Positions 20,136-31,390 of a stretch of DNA of 64,000 bases are shown in pieces. This DNA is from a virus (Duplodnaviria; Caudoviricetes), in IMG/VR virus record IMGVR_UViG_3300025276_000033, positions 2,012 through 66,011 of that record; one strand, 5' to 3'. Position 1 is the stretch's first letter. Every line of letters starts with the position of its first letter. The position numbers were made by a program, and so were the translations under genes. Below the pieces are notes generated by a model, which searched no databases, was not told the origin of the DNA, and saw only the letters and a program-made list of their open reading frames with translations.

Positions 20136-22649
20136 ATGGGTGAAAACTTAGTTGCTGGAATATTAAAGAATATAGAAACATTGGCTAATGTCAATGCAAA
20201 TCAAAACGTAGCAATCCTTACGGGCATTAAGAAAACCAATACCCTTTTATCTGACCAAATAGGTAAAGAATTATCAAAACAAACTAAATTATTAGAATCT
20301 ATACTAGGAGCTTTTGCTAAAGGTAATACTAGTAATTCATTTTCAGTATTCGGTTCTTCGGGAACTGCCTCGTTTTCTAAAATGTTTAAGAAAAAGGGAG
20401 GAAAGGCATTACAAAAAATGGCACTTGGAATGGACAAGTTTGCAGATGCTACTAAGAAATTTGTAGAAGCTGTAAATCAATTAGACGAAAAGAAGTTTAA
20501 AGCATTTACTTCGCTTTTCGATATGGGTAAGAAAATAATATTATTTTCATTAGCAATATTACTAGCTGGCCCATTATTGGCAATAGGTATGGTTACAACA
20601 TTACCTTTTTTAATTGCATGGGTTTTCTTTTTTAGATGGCTTGGAACAATGACAAAAGATTTGAAAAAAGGTGCAAAATCATTAATGTTTCTTTCAATAG
20701 CAATATTAGTAACGGTTTTGGCTATTGCACTTGCGTCATTACTTTTAAGTAAAATCGGGTTTTCATCGGTCTTGCTGGTAATAGGGGTTATTTTAGTTGT
20801 TGCATTTGTTTTTAGTATGATATCATCAGTTGACAAAAGTGCAAAATCGGGTGCAAAAAGTATGATATTTTTAGCATTAACGGTAGGAATCGTAATTGGA
20901 TTAATTGTTCTTTCTAAATTTATTATGGACCAAATTACAATGGGGGCAGTTTTATTAGTCTTTGGGATATTAGTAGGTGTTGCATTAGTATTTATGTTAA
21001 TAGGATTAGTTGAATCAAAAACCAGCAAAGGTGCAAAGAGTATGATATTTTTAGCAATAGCAACTGCAATAATAGTAGGTATTTTATTTTTCATAACAAC
21101 TATTTCTTTAAAAAGATTTGCAGCGGCAGCTTTTATGTTAGGAATTGTTCTGATAGGATTATCAATTGTATTTGTAATTGCTGGTGTACTTAAAAATGAA
21201 ATAATGAAAGGTGCCTTAGCAATGTTTTTAGTTTCTATTGTTGTTGCCATAATAACATTTTCTTTAGTTAAATTGCAAGAATCAAACATTACTTGGAAAA
21301 CCATAGGAATATTATCAGCATTTATTGTTGGGATGGGTGTTGCTTTCGGGGCTGCTGGTTTAATTGCCCCATTTATACTTGCAGGTGCTGCCGCCTTACT
21401 ATTGGTTGGTGGTGCTGTATGGGTATTTACGGATTCATTAGTTAAATTTGCTGGAATTGATTGGACACAAGAAAAATCTGACCTTTTGGGTCAAGCCATT
21501 GTAACATTGGTAACTGCCGTAAAAGATGCATTTAGTGATTTCGGGTTTTCTGATTTTATAAAAGTTGCTGCTGGTATAGCACTACTTACCGGTTTAGGTA
21601 ACGCACTTTCAGCATTTGCAGAAGGTATAGGTTCTTTTGCAAATTTGGAACTAAGTGAAGTCGTAAAAGAAGGAGAAGGTGCCGATGCAACATATACAGT
21701 AAAAACTAAAGGTGCGATAAATCCAGCACAAATTAGTTCTAATATAGCATTATTGTTGCAAGAAGTAACTAAACCTCTAAAAGATTTTGGAGCGGCAAAT
21801 GGGGCAGGCGATTGGTTTGCTGATAACTCATTGGGAATTGGTATTGGATTATTAGGTAAACTTGGAAATGCACTAGGTTCTTTTGCATTAGGTATGTCGT
21901 TTTTCGGTATGATGAAAACTGTCGAATTTGACGAAAAAGGAAAAATCATACCGGGAACAGAAAAAGGAATTAATGTTGCAGCTATTGGAACAGGAATATC
22001 ATCAATGCTTAATGCATTAACGGGACCACTTACAACATTAGGAGATAATGATGATATTGAAGATGGTATAGAATATTTAGGAACATTAGCTTCTCCTATG
22101 GAAAGTTTTGCAAATGCAATATCTACCTTTAGTAAAGTAAAAATAGATGGTGCAAAACTTAAAGCTTCTTTTACGACACCATTGACTACGATTATTGAAA
22201 CATTAACAAGCGCCAATTTTAAATCAATGGATGAAGATAGGGTAGAAACTCTTTTTGAAGGAATTGAATCTTTTGCTGAATCGGCTGCCGAAATGAAAAA
22301 TCCTAAAGGTATTGGCGAGATGTTTGTTGATATAAAAGAATCTATTAATGGAATGAACTTAAAGAAATTGACTAAGTTAAATTCTTTAGCAGAAAACCTA
22401 GCTAAATTTGCAGATTCTATGGATGGCAATTTTAGTGACTTAGAAAATGTTTTAGAAAAACTAAAAGAAGCAATTGCAGAAATGAACGGAATCGAAGTAG
22501 GTTCTACAAGCACACCAGCCGCACAATCAACCACACAAGTTCAAGAAAAAATGGACTTAGGTCCACTATTGTCAGAATTAGAAGAAGTTACAAATACATT
22601 GCGTGGAGGAATAGATGTTAATGTTAATAACAATAGTATTTTCAATTAG
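20136..22649 (+). CDS. Tape-measure-like protein with many hydrophobic repeats
   Basis: 837 aa, Ala/Gly-rich helical; repeated GAKS(L/M)xFL followed by hydrophobic segments; tail context. Confidence 0.7.
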   Translation: MGENLVAGILKNIETLANVNANQNVAILTGIKKTNTLLSDQIGKELSKQTKLLESILGAFAKGNTSNSFSVFGSSGTASFSKMFKKKGGKALQKMALGMDKFADATKKFVEAVNQLDEKKFKAFTSLFDMGKKIILFSLAILLAGPLLAIGMVTTLPFLIAWVFFFRWLGTMTKDLKKGAKSLMFLSIAILVTVLAIALASLLLSKIGFSSVLLVIGVILVVAFVFSMISSVDKSAKSGAKSMIFLALTVGIVIGLIVLSKFIMDQITMGAVLLVFGILVGVALVFMLIGLVESKTSKGAKSMIFLAIATAIIVGILFFITTISLKRFAAAAFMLGIVLIGLSIVFVIAGVLKNEIMKGALAMFLVSIVVAIITFSLVKLQESNITWKTIGILSAFIVGMGVAFGAAGLIAPFILAGAAALLLVGGAVWVFTDSLVKFAGIDWTQEKSDLLGQAIVTLVTAVKDAFSDFGFSDFIKVAAGIALLTGLGNALSAFAEGIGSFANLELSEVVKEGEGADATYTVKTKGAINPAQISSNIALLLQEVTKPLKDFGAANGAGDWFADNSLGIGIGLLGKLGNALGSFALGMSFFGMMKTVEFDEKGKIIPGTEKGINVAAIGTGISSMLNALTGPLTTLGDNDDIEDGIEYLGTLASPMESFANAISTFSKVKIDGAKLKASFTTPLTTIIETLTSANFKSMDEDRVETLFEGIESFAESAAEMKNPKGIGEMFVDIKESINGMNLKKLTKLNSLAENLAKFADSMDGNFSDLENVLEKLKEAIAEMNGIEVGSTSTPAAQSTTQVQEKMDLGPLLSELEEVTNTLRGGIDVNVNNNSIFN

Positions 22650-22681
22650 GTTAAATATCATAGAAGATAATTTTTTATGTT

Positions 22682-23482
22682 ATGAAAACAAAGAATTTCA
22701 GCGAAGAAGATACAGAAATTCTCTTAGAATATTCTGATGCAAAGACTAAATCAAAACCTATGGAAAAAGAAAATAAAGATAGTGGTATCAAAACCTTTAA
22801 AAACAATATTGCAGTATCTAAGTTTAAATGTAAAACTAAAAATCAAAGTGAAATAGTAAAATCTATTAGTAACAAAAATACTACTATTACTATTGTACAT
22901 GGTAAACCTGGAACAGGAAAAACATATTCGGCTATTCAAGGAGCTCTAAAAGCATTTAAGACCGGTTCATACGATAAAATATACTTATGTAAATCTGTAA
23001 AGACATTAGATAACAAATCGGAAGATATTGGATTTCTAAAAGGTACAATGGAAGATAAGATTGCACCCTTTTTGTTTTCGTTTGATTTCAACTTTAAACA
23101 AATAATTAATCCTGGAACTTATGAAATGGCAAGACAATCTCAAGTCATTGAATTTTTACCACTTGCTTACATACGAGGTATAGGATTGAATAATTGTGTT
23201 ATAATCTTAGATGAAGCACAAAACATAAATAATGCAATATTAAGAACTGTATTATCTAGGATAGGACAAAATTGTAAATTAATTATCTTGGGAGATACAC
23301 AACAAAAAGATAGTTCATCAGGACAAACTTCTGGATTAGAATTTTTAATTGAAAATTTTCAAGACATAGATGGTTTTCACGTAGTTAAAATGACTAAAGA
23401 AGATCAAAGTAGAGCAGACATCATAAATAAAATAGAAGACCGTTACGATGAATTAGAATCGAACGGTAAAAGAGTTGCATAG
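22682..23482 (+). CDS. phoH: PhoH-family ATPase
   Basis: GKPGTGKT, IGFLKG, LAYIRG, ILDEAQN and GDTQQKD motifs. Confidence 0.9.
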   Translation: MKTKNFSEEDTEILLEYSDAKTKSKPMEKENKDSGIKTFKNNIAVSKFKCKTKNQSEIVKSISNKNTTITIVHGKPGTGKTYSAIQGALKAFKTGSYDKIYLCKSVKTLDNKSEDIGFLKGTMEDKIAPFLFSFDFNFKQIINPGTYEMARQSQVIEFLPLAYIRGIGLNNCVIILDEAQNINNAILRTVLSRIGQNCKLIILGDTQQKDSSSGQTSGLEFLIENFQDIDGFHVVKMTKEDQSRADIINKIEDRYDELESNGKRVA

Positions 23483-23504
23483 AAATAATTCATATACGTT
23501 AAAC

Positions 23505-23538
23505 AAAAAAAGGGAACTAAATTAATAGTTCCCTTTTC
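23505..23538. terminator. Bidirectional terminator between convergent phoH and tail tube
   Basis: A-run, GGGAACTA...TAGTTCCC, T-run. Confidence 0.85.
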
Positions 23539-23554
23539 TTTTTACTTTATTTTA

Positions 23555-24109
23555 CTATACTTGACTTTCTGTGAAATAATCACTTCTAAAAGTAACTTCC
23601 ATTTCTAATGGGTCACCAGATGAATAATCTAATGCCAACTCAGGAATATCTCCATTTACAAAACAATCATGGAAAGTTCTTTGCCAATGAATATCACCTA
23701 CTCTATTGTACATAGTAACTATAATTTTTGCATCGGAATAGTCCTTTTTAAGACCCATTTCTCCGGTCAAAGGATTATAACCTAATCTTTTCCAATCTCT
23801 AAGAGTTTTATAAACATACATTTCATTGTCATCATTTAAGTTCAATGAAAATGCAATTGCTAAATCAACAATTGTATTTGTCGGAGCTGTACTTAAAAAT
23901 GAACGCTTTGCTGTTTTAAATTCTTGTTCAACAGCTTCTTGTCCCATTTCTGTTGTAAGACCTCCAATAGTTCTAACATGTTCTAATAACAATTCACCGC
24001 CACCTACACCTGGTGGTGGTAATATAGTAACTTCAAATAAGTTACCGGCAACAAATTCCCATTTGTTTACGGATGCCTTTGAATTTTTATAGTGTGGTAA
24101 ACTTGCCAT
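23555..24109 (-). CDS. Tail tube protein (gp19-like)
   Basis: NLFEVTI, YNPLTGEMGLKKDY, LDYSS and VTFRSDYF motifs; downstream of the sheath. Confidence 0.85.
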   Translation of the reverse strand: MASLPHYKNSKASVNKWEFVAGNLFEVTILPPPGVGGGELLLEHVRTIGGLTTEMGQEAVEQEFKTAKRSFLSTAPTNTIVDLAIAFSLNLNDDNEMYVYKTLRDWKRLGYNPLTGEMGLKKDYSDAKIIVTMYNRVGDIHWQRTFHDCFVNGDIPELALDYSSGDPLEMEVTFRSDYFTESQV

Positions 24110-24185
24110 ATTATATAATTTTTTTTATCTTTTTTTAAAGATATAGAGAACAATTTTAAGTTCTCTATATCTTATTTAATCATTT

Positions 24186-27100
24186 TTATTGTACTGAAAA
24201 TTCTCCCAATGCAATTGCTCCTGTTTTAAGGATAGTAACTCTTTGTACAAGTTTACCTAAACCTCTAACTGGTTCCAATGCAATATCAATAATACCCATA
24301 TCGTTATCAATAACTTCACTAGTATTATTTACTGTGTTCATAACCGTTTGATAATCGAAAAGACCACCATCGTTTAATATTTGACTTAGGAAACCATCAA
24401 CTAAAGTTTTGATTTCTAGTCTATTTTGAACGGTATTGAATTCCCATCTATAACTTTTAAGAATTTGCTCAACAGTTTCTTCTATGTATATCAACAATTC
24501 TCTTACGTGAATGCTTGATAGTGCAGATTTTATGTTTTGTTGTGCCGTTTGGTTAGCATTGATTACGTTTCCGAAACCTCTGTTTGGTACAATAACATTC
24601 AATCCGAAAGGTTCTACTGAATCTAATCCGGTTCTATCATAAATGTATTCTACACCTACAACATTATTTCCAGATACTACACCTCTTCTTGGTCCTGCAA
24701 TTATAGAGTAAGGTTTATCACTTCTATATTTTGCCATAAAGTTATTAGAAATATACGCAGCTGGCGGAACCAATTTAGTACTTGGCCCTTCTCTCAATAC
24801 TAAGTACGGATGATAGAAACCACAGTAGTTAGAACCTTGATTTAAACTTGGTAACGAAAATGTGTTACTTGGGTTCAATGCTTGGTTACCACCGGTACCA
24901 ACAAATCTTGGGTCATAATCAGCTCTACTATCAAATTTGAACAATGGATTCGTTGAATCATCAAGTTCTTTAACAGAAGGTGCATTTAAAATTGCAAATG
25001 CAAATTGTCTGTTTTTACACAATGACGATAAAATGTTTTTAGAATTAGGTTCAATCACACCATCAAAAGTATCAACAATATATCTAAAGGTAATTGCTTC
25101 TTTATCTGACAATGCTCCATATAATCCTGTGCTAGTCAAAGTTGATAAAATTGCATTTTGTGTGGCAGTAGTTCCATCAGGAATTTGCGCTGCTCTCATT
25201 GTAAATCCGTCTAATCCTTGAACATTATAATTTGTAACAAAGTTTGCAACTGATTTATATCTTTCAACTGTTACATTATTTGTACCGAAATAAACCGGGT
25301 CAAGTGTTTTAACCGTTACAACATTAGTAGTTGTATTTTCTTTTACAGACAATATTCTAGTATATCTAGTGTTTCCGGTTCTAGCATCAACTTTAGTTTT
25401 AGTTGAACCAACTGTAAATCCTCTTACTAAGAAATCTTCCGGTGTAATTTGGCCAAGTGCATAAGTAGTACTTAGGTAAGTAAACTCATAATCGTTAACT
25501 TTAGTTACCGTAAAAGATGCATTAATGGCTCCCGCTTTTGACTTAATCTTCATTGGGGTTGCTATTGTAGCTGCATTGGTCGTTGGGGTCAATTTATAGT
25601 AAGTTATATTATGTGAAAGTATATTTGAACCTAATAAAGTACTTAAATCTACACTACCATTATCAACTTTCGATACTATACTAAATGTATCATATACATC
25701 AGTATCGTATTCAACATCATCACCACTTGAAAGAGTACCAGAATCATAATCTTCTCCAGCATCTGTAGTTTTTGTAAAGATGTATGTACCACCTAATATA
25801 CTTTGAATTCCAACATCTGGATTACCTTTTACAGATTCATCAGCACCAGCGGAAACTTCGAAATACATAGAATTTGCGGCTTCGTCTTTTGCATATATTT
25901 GAATCTCTACTCTATCAAATAATATATTAACGGTTTTTACAAGTGCGTAAGTTGTTGTTGTTCCTGTACAACTCATAAACGAAACATTCGCTTTAATAGA
26001 ATTTGCATAAGCCAACCAAGCTGCCGATTTTGCTGCTGCATCAGCACCAGTAAATGGACTTGTTCCAACAGGAGCTTCTGATGCTGTTGCACCAGGATTA
26101 TAAATTACTATTGTATCGTATTGATTTGCAGCTAAACCAGCATCAGCATCTGTTACTTTAAATAGTGCTGTTGTAGCCGAACCATCAGTTGCTTCTACGT
26201 TTCCTAAAAATGTTTTTTCTCCTACCGAATATAATTCAGTAGCATAGCTTAAACTTTCTGTAACACCTCCCAAGTATGAAAGATAATCAATTTTGTTTAA
26301 GTTAGATGTACCTTCAATTGTACCACCTAGTAAATCAATGACATTACCGGATAACATAGTTGAACCATCAAACAAGTCCTCATCAACAGAACAGAAAAGT
26401 CCAGTAAATGATGTTTCTAAGTTAACTAAATCTTGAATGAATAAATCATTTCCTTCAGCATCTTGGAAATTAGGAATTAATACACCTATGTATTCCCCTA
26501 AAGAAACTACACTAGGACTATCTAAAAATGCTACAAGACCATCGCTCGTATTTCCAGCAGTATCTTTATATACCTTTTTAATTCCGTTAGAATCGAAATA
26601 ATCTCCCAATATTGGGTCTACTGACAATTTTTCGAAATCAGTATAATCTCCTTTTATAATATTAACTCTAATACAATAATCATTAATGTAATCAGAACCA
26701 TCTATAAATTCAGGAACATCAGCTTCACCGTACCAATCGTTTGCTGTTGTATCAAGACCTTGAATTCTATCTTGAGTTACAATAACAGAAAATGTCTTTC
26801 TTCCAACATTCGAAAAGTTCAATAATTCTTTTGTATACCCTTCTTGTGCTTCAATATTTTTTAATGCCTTTTCAGTATCTAACTTAAAGAACTTAGATGT
26901 ATTGAAATTTCCAGAAAGAGGAGCATATCCCGTTTTTTGGTTTTTGTCTTTTGCTGATGTAGAAAAACTAATAAATTCAGTCTTATCTAAAGTATCATTT
27001 AATTTTAACAAGTTCAATGCTATAATTGGTGAATCCAATAACATTTCTTGAGCACTTAGGTGAAAGTAAGAACCTTTCTTTTCTAATTGCTTATCTCTTT

Positions 27101-27287
27101 TACCGTACACATCCTGAAAGAATGAAAAATCCTGGCAAAATACAGGAGTATTGAACGGTCCAACTTTACTAAATCCAATAATCATTCTTATTGTAGAAGT
27201 AGTAGTTGTTACTATTTGTGATTTGTCGAATTCAAATGTGTATATTCCACTTGATTTGATATTCGATAAATAAACTGGTAAACTCAT
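24186..27287 (-). CDS. Tail sheath protein (gp18-like)
   Basis: SSGIYTFEFDKS, GFSKVGPFNTP, VPPA, AGPRRG, IHVRELLIYIE and EFN motifs; 1033 aa. Confidence 0.92.
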   Translation of the reverse strand: MSLPVYLSNIKSSGIYTFEFDKSQIVTTTTSTIRMIIGFSKVGPFNTPVFCQDFSFFQDVYGKRDKQLEKKGSYFHLSAQEMLLDSPIIALNLLKLNDTLDKTEFISFSTSAKDKNQKTGYAPLSGNFNTSKFFKLDTEKALKNIEAQEGYTKELLNFSNVGRKTFSVIVTQDRIQGLDTTANDWYGEADVPEFIDGSDYINDYCIRVNIIKGDYTDFEKLSVDPILGDYFDSNGIKKVYKDTAGNTSDGLVAFLDSPSVVSLGEYIGVLIPNFQDAEGNDLFIQDLVNLETSFTGLFCSVDEDLFDGSTMLSGNVIDLLGGTIEGTSNLNKIDYLSYLGGVTESLSYATELYSVGEKTFLGNVEATDGSATTALFKVTDADAGLAANQYDTIVIYNPGATASEAPVGTSPFTGADAAAKSAAWLAYANSIKANVSFMSCTGTTTTYALVKTVNILFDRVEIQIYAKDEAANSMYFEVSAGADESVKGNPDVGIQSILGGTYIFTKTTDAGEDYDSGTLSSGDDVEYDTDVYDTFSIVSKVDNGSVDLSTLLGSNILSHNITYYKLTPTTNAATIATPMKIKSKAGAINASFTVTKVNDYEFTYLSTTYALGQITPEDFLVRGFTVGSTKTKVDARTGNTRYTRILSVKENTTTNVVTVKTLDPVYFGTNNVTVERYKSVANFVTNYNVQGLDGFTMRAAQIPDGTTATQNAILSTLTSTGLYGALSDKEAITFRYIVDTFDGVIEPNSKNILSSLCKNRQFAFAILNAPSVKELDDSTNPLFKFDSRADYDPRFVGTGGNQALNPSNTFSLPSLNQGSNYCGFYHPYLVLREGPSTKLVPPAAYISNNFMAKYRSDKPYSIIAGPRRGVVSGNNVVGVEYIYDRTGLDSVEPFGLNVIVPNRGFGNVINANQTAQQNIKSALSSIHVRELLIYIEETVEQILKSYRWEFNTVQNRLEIKTLVDGFLSQILNDGGLFDYQTVMNTVNNTSEVIDNDMGIIDIALEPVRGLGKLVQRVTILKTGAIALGEFSVQ

Positions 27288-27359
27288 AATTTATACTTAT
27301 TTTACTATATTTAATCAACGAAAATTATTAAAAGAAAAATAAAGTTTTTTTAATTTTAC

Positions 27360-27388
27360 TTGCAATTGTCATTTTTTATGCGTATCTT
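27360..27388 (+). promoter_or_regulatory. Early-type promoter TTGCAA-N17-TATCTT
   Basis: One of 10 copies with an exact 17-nt spacer. Confidence 0.75.
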
Positions 27389-27564
27389 AGATGAAGGTCT
27401 GGTACATGTTTAAAAAAAATTAAAAAAAGATTGATTTTAATAAAATAAAACTGACTAGTACTGCATTTAATAATTAGTAGATTTCTGAGGGGTAATATAT
27501 ACTATTAAGGAACTATGAATAGTAAAAACAAAAAAGTAAAAACCAAGTAAAAAAAGTAGAAAGT

Positions 27565-28170
27565 ATGGCAAGAGTTAACATCAAACAATTAGGGATTCAA
27601 TTTAAAGAAACGAGATCAGAAAAGAAATTCAAATTACTTTTTGATACATTGAAACCATCGGTAATAAACTATTACAAAAAATTCGACAATCCTGTTCAAG
27701 TATTAGAAGATGCTTTTAATGAAGCAATGATTTCTATATGGAATGATATCCATAAAATAGATGTAGAAAAGTACAGTATAAGTACTATGATTTATTTGAA
27801 AGTAAAACAGAATATCATCAGATACTATAAAAGCGTAGGAGGTCAATTTAGCAAATATGATATTGACGACCCAATTGTAAGTAATATGGTAATTTCAGAT
27901 AAGAACATTTCTGAAGATTCTTATACATATGACCTACAAGAAGAATTCATAAAAAATGAAAGTATAAATACACTTTGGGATAGTATAAAAACCTTATTAG
28001 ATAATGAAACTAGCTACAATATGCTACACGATAAATATTGTAATCAAATGAAAACAAAAGAAATTGCAAAAAAGTATGATACTAAATTGCAAAATGTTTT
28101 AAATAGAATTTTTAACGCAAAGAAAAAGTTACAACTTAACGAAAACTTATACCATGAATTTATCAAATAA
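27565..28170 (+). CDS. Sigma70/ECF-like sigma factor
   Basis: Region 2 (EDAFNEAMISIW...YSISTMIY) and region 4 HTH (KEIAKKY...VLNRIFNAKKKL). Confidence 0.8.
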   Translation: MARVNIKQLGIQFKETRSEKKFKLLFDTLKPSVINYYKKFDNPVQVLEDAFNEAMISIWNDIHKIDVEKYSISTMIYLKVKQNIIRYYKSVGGQFSKYDIDDPIVSNMVISDKNISEDSYTYDLQEEFIKNESINTLWDSIKTLLDNETSYNMLHDKYCNQMKTKEIAKKYDTKLQNVLNRIFNAKKKLQLNENLYHEFIK

Positions 28171-28657
28171 AATTTCTAATTTTATCTTTAATATTGACTA
28201 TTGGCAAGAATACAAAGAACATTCTAAAATAAAAGAAGTTCTTTCAGAATTCTTTGTTAAAGAAGATGCTGAATTACAAAAAGCATTTACAAACAATTTC
28301 GATTATCCTGATAATATGATACAAGCTCCAGTCAGACTTGAAAGTAAAACGGGAGATGTGTATTATACATTAAATTTCAAATCCAAAGAATTGTTTCAAA
28401 ACGATGGCACAAAAGAAAAAGCACTTTCTAATAGTTTAGCTCTGTTAGATAAACATCTACCATTAGGTATTACTTCATTTGTAGAACCGCAAGCACCTAT
28501 TCACATACCGGATACATTTACCTTATTGTGTTACATAAAAATTCAAAATGAAGATGTAACAACTAATAGAACGGTTTGGAATGTAGTAGGTACAATCTGT
28601 AAACCTTTGGTACTTGCATCAATTATTTTATCTGTAATAAAATATTTGTGTTTCTAA
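28154..28657 (+). CDS. Hypothetical protein with a C-terminal TM segment
   Basis: ORF; hydrophobic tail. Confidence 0.6.
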   Translation: MNLSNKISNFIFNIDYWQEYKEHSKIKEVLSEFFVKEDAELQKAFTNNFDYPDNMIQAPVRLESKTGDVYYTLNFKSKELFQNDGTKEKALSNSLALLDKHLPLGITSFVEPQAPIHIPDTFTLLCYIKIQNEDVTTNRTVWNVVGTICKPLVLASIILSVIKYLCF

Positions 28658-28687
28658 TTACCTTTAATAGTAAAGATATATTAAATT

Positions 28688-29194
28688 ATGAAAGAAGTAA
28701 AACTTAATCCTATTAATGAGGATGATTTAGAAGACAAAAGAAATGTTGTTTCTGAAAATTGCTTTACCGAATTAGACATAGCTGCGAAAGCTTGGTTGAT
28801 GTGTTTTGGTGAAGATGCTGTTTATGAAGAAATTTCATTGTTGCGTTCTACGTTTGCTTATATGTTAGGCAATCACGAAAACGAACATTCTCTATCTAAT
28901 GTAGATATTGATAATTTTAGTATTCCAGAATCTCCGTTTAAAAATGAAGACGATGTTTGGGTTGACAAACTTTATGATTTGAAAACCGAAGATTCGTTAC
29001 ATTACATAATGAATATTTTAATGAATTCTAGAGAAGGATTTAATGAATTAATTAAAAGTGAATATTTCAAAGAACTGAAAGAAAATTTGATATTAGATTC
29101 AAACGCATTACTTTACAACATTAGTATCACATTTGATAGATGTGTGTTATTGATAAACAATAAATATAGTATATTAATTTTAAATTTAAAATAA
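28688..29194 (+). CDS. Hypothetical protein
   Basis: ORF. Confidence 0.6.
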   Translation: MKEVKLNPINEDDLEDKRNVVSENCFTELDIAAKAWLMCFGEDAVYEEISLLRSTFAYMLGNHENEHSLSNVDIDNFSIPESPFKNEDDVWVDKLYDLKTEDSLHYIMNILMNSREGFNELIKSEYFKELKENLILDSNALLYNISITFDRCVLLINNKYSILILNLK

Positions 29195-29200
29195 ACAATT

Positions 29201-29725
29201 ATGGGAAAAGTTAAAACCTTAGAAGCACCAGTTGCTGAAGAAAAAGTACAAAGAGTATTAGGTGCAGATATCGAAACTTCTACTTTTGAAAAACTTGGTG
29301 AAACATTTGAAGCAATTCAAAAAGAGTATGATGAAAAGACATATGAACTTTCGTTGTCGCAAGGTTCTATTGCATTATTAACAATGGAAATTTTACCTAA
29401 AGTAGAATGGGTAGGACAACAAGCTTGGGACATTTCTGCAGCTCAAAAATTAGTTTCTGAATTAAAACCAGAGTCTGTTGCTAATGTTACTAAAGAATCA
29501 ATCAGAGCATTGTTTCAATTTGTTGCAACCAATAAATATGTTGGGGTTGACCAAGTATCTCAAGTTTCTGACTTGTTAACATCGCTTGCTGAAATTATTC
29601 AAAATCAAATTGGAAAAGACGAGCAAACATTAAGAGATGCTGGTTTCGAATTGCAAGCAGCAGAAATGGGTATTACTCCAGAAACTGCTATGCAAGAAGC
29701 AATGGCAGCTGAGCAAGCTAAATAA
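29201..29725 (+). CDS. Hypothetical protein
   Basis: ORF; helical and acidic. Confidence 0.65.
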   Translation: MGKVKTLEAPVAEEKVQRVLGADIETSTFEKLGETFEAIQKEYDEKTYELSLSQGSIALLTMEILPKVEWVGQQAWDISAAQKLVSELKPESVANVTKESIRALFQFVATNKYVGVDQVSQVSDLLTSLAEIIQNQIGKDEQTLRDAGFELQAAEMGITPETAMQEAMAAEQAK

Positions 29726-29733
29726 TTAAAATT

Positions 29734-30072
29734 ATGAAAAGGTTTTTAGAAAAACTACCTTTAATAACTTTTATCCTTTTGAGTTGTACGTTTTTATATA
29801 CGTGCAACTCAAATAGGAATTCTAGTAAAGCTATTAAAGAAAATAAGAAATTGACTTTAGAAGTTGATTCCTTAAAGACTGAAATTAAAGTTTTAGCTGA
29901 CAGTACTATTATGTTAAGTGAATTTCAATTACTGTTAGAACTAGAAGGTTATAAAATTTCAAAAAGAAATCTGTATTATAATAATGCGATCATTAGAACT
30001 AAAGAAAGACCTGATGATATAATGCACGAATATGATATAGAAATTGAAAAACTAACAAAAAAACTAAAGTAA
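29734..30072 (+). CDS. Membrane-anchored coiled-coil protein, possible spanin or lysis accessory
   Basis: N-terminal TM/lipoprotein-like segment plus coiled coil, abutting the amidase. Confidence 0.5.
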   Translation: MKRFLEKLPLITFILLSCTFLYTCNSNRNSSKAIKENKKLTLEVDSLKTEIKVLADSTIMLSEFQLLLELEGYKISKRNLYYNNAIIRTKERPDDIMHEYDIEIEKLTKKLK

Positions 30073-30741
30073 ATGTCGCAAATTACATTTTTATTAGATG
30101 CAGGTCATGGTGGAATAGTTGATGGGAAATATACAACAGCACCAAATTTTGATAAAAACAATAAGTCAACTTGGAAAAAAAGTTGGTATCATCCAGAAGA
30201 AGATATATCATTCTACGAAGGAGTTTTTAACAGAGAGGTAATTAAATTAGTAAAAAATATAATGTCTATAAGAGGTATGTCTTATTTAGATATTGTTAAT
30301 TCAGAAAACGATGTGTCTTTAAAAGAAAGAGTTGCAATGGCAAATGCATATCACAAAAAAGACAAAGATTGTGTATATTTTTCAATGCACGGAAATGCAT
30401 CTGGTGTTGGAAAAGCACATGGTATAGAAATCTTTACTAGCAAAGGTCAAACTAAAAGTGATGAACTTGCAACAATGGTTTTCAATTCTATTGTAGATTT
30501 CTTTCCTGATGAAAAGTACAGAATGGACAAATGGTCTGATGGTGATGTTGATAAAGAAGCAAACTATTACGTATTGAAAAATACATCTATGCCGGCAATG
30601 TTATTAGAAATGTGGTTCTTTGATAATTTATCTGACTGTAAAAAAATGATAGACATTGGAACTCAACATCAAGTTGCAAAAGCAATAGTCAATGGGTTTG
30701 CTAGGATTCAAGAATCGGCAGACAAAAACAATATTACATGA
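30073..30741 (+). CDS. N-acetylmuramoyl-L-alanine amidase (Amidase_3), putative endolysin
   Basis: LDAGHGG, EGVFN, SMHGNA, YYVLKNT and PAMLLE motifs. Confidence 0.9.
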   Translation: MSQITFLLDAGHGGIVDGKYTTAPNFDKNNKSTWKKSWYHPEEDISFYEGVFNREVIKLVKNIMSIRGMSYLDIVNSENDVSLKERVAMANAYHKKDKDCVYFSMHGNASGVGKAHGIEIFTSKGQTKSDELATMVFNSIVDFFPDEKYRMDKWSDGDVDKEANYYVLKNTSMPAMLLEMWFFDNLSDCKKMIDIGTQHQVAKAIVNGFARIQESADKNNIT

Positions 30742-31061
30742 TATCCTTTGCAGACGAAATTCTAAGTACTATAAAATTGTCTTGTTTAGATGACATCGAA
30801 AAAACAGAACATAGAATAAAAAACTATGCGATGTCATTTAACGGATTATTAAAAACTTTCAGTGCTTATAAAGAACACGATGAACTTTTCGAATTCTTAT
30901 ATGAAATATCAAAAGAATTTGACATGTCAGAGGATGCTGTATATTATTTATATATGATAAGTAAGTATGAACCGGATGGCGAAATATCAAAAGACTTTAA
31001 CGAAAAATTTGCGATACACATTATATTATATGACGAAGAAAACCTAAACGATTGGGGATAG
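30738..31061 (+). CDS. Hypothetical protein
   Basis: ATGA overlap with the amidase. Confidence 0.55.
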   Translation: MISFADEILSTIKLSCLDDIEKTEHRIKNYAMSFNGLLKTFSAYKEHDELFEFLYEISKEFDMSEDAVYYLYMISKYEPDGEISKDFNEKFAIHIILYDEENLNDWG

Positions 31062-31097
31062 TTAAAAATTAATACGAATATTTAAAAATAGAACAAA

Positions 31098-31355
31098 ATG
31101 AGTGATACTTGGAATATAGTACAAAAAGGAGACACTAAGTTAGTGTGGAAAGATTTCGATGAAACTAACATAAACGAAATCAAAGAAATGGAAAACGAGG
31201 TAAACTGTGAACCTTATTTTTGTAAAATAACAAATTCTGTTGTTTTCAAAACAACTTCAAAAACCATTAGAATGTTAAAGGGTCCTGAGTATTCCCAATT
31301 GGAATTGATCTCTAGATACCTAACAACCGAAACCAAACTATATGACTTAGTATAG
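31098..31355 (+). CDS. Hypothetical protein
   Basis: ORF. Confidence 0.55.
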   Translation: MSDTWNIVQKGDTKLVWKDFDETNINEIKEMENEVNCEPYFCKITNSVVFKTTSKTIRMLKGPEYSQLELISRYLTTETKLYDLV

Positions 31356-31361
31356 TTATTT

Positions 31362-31390
31362 AAAGAGCAACATCCAGTTGCTCTTTTTTT
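31362..31390 (+). terminator. Rho-independent terminator
   Basis: AAAGAGCAAC-atcca-GTTGCTCTTT followed by a T-run. Confidence 0.8.

Noticed and set aside
20477-22534. Long minus-strand ORFs of 275 and 347 aa
   Set aside because: Shadows of the tape-measure gene with no recognizable motifs
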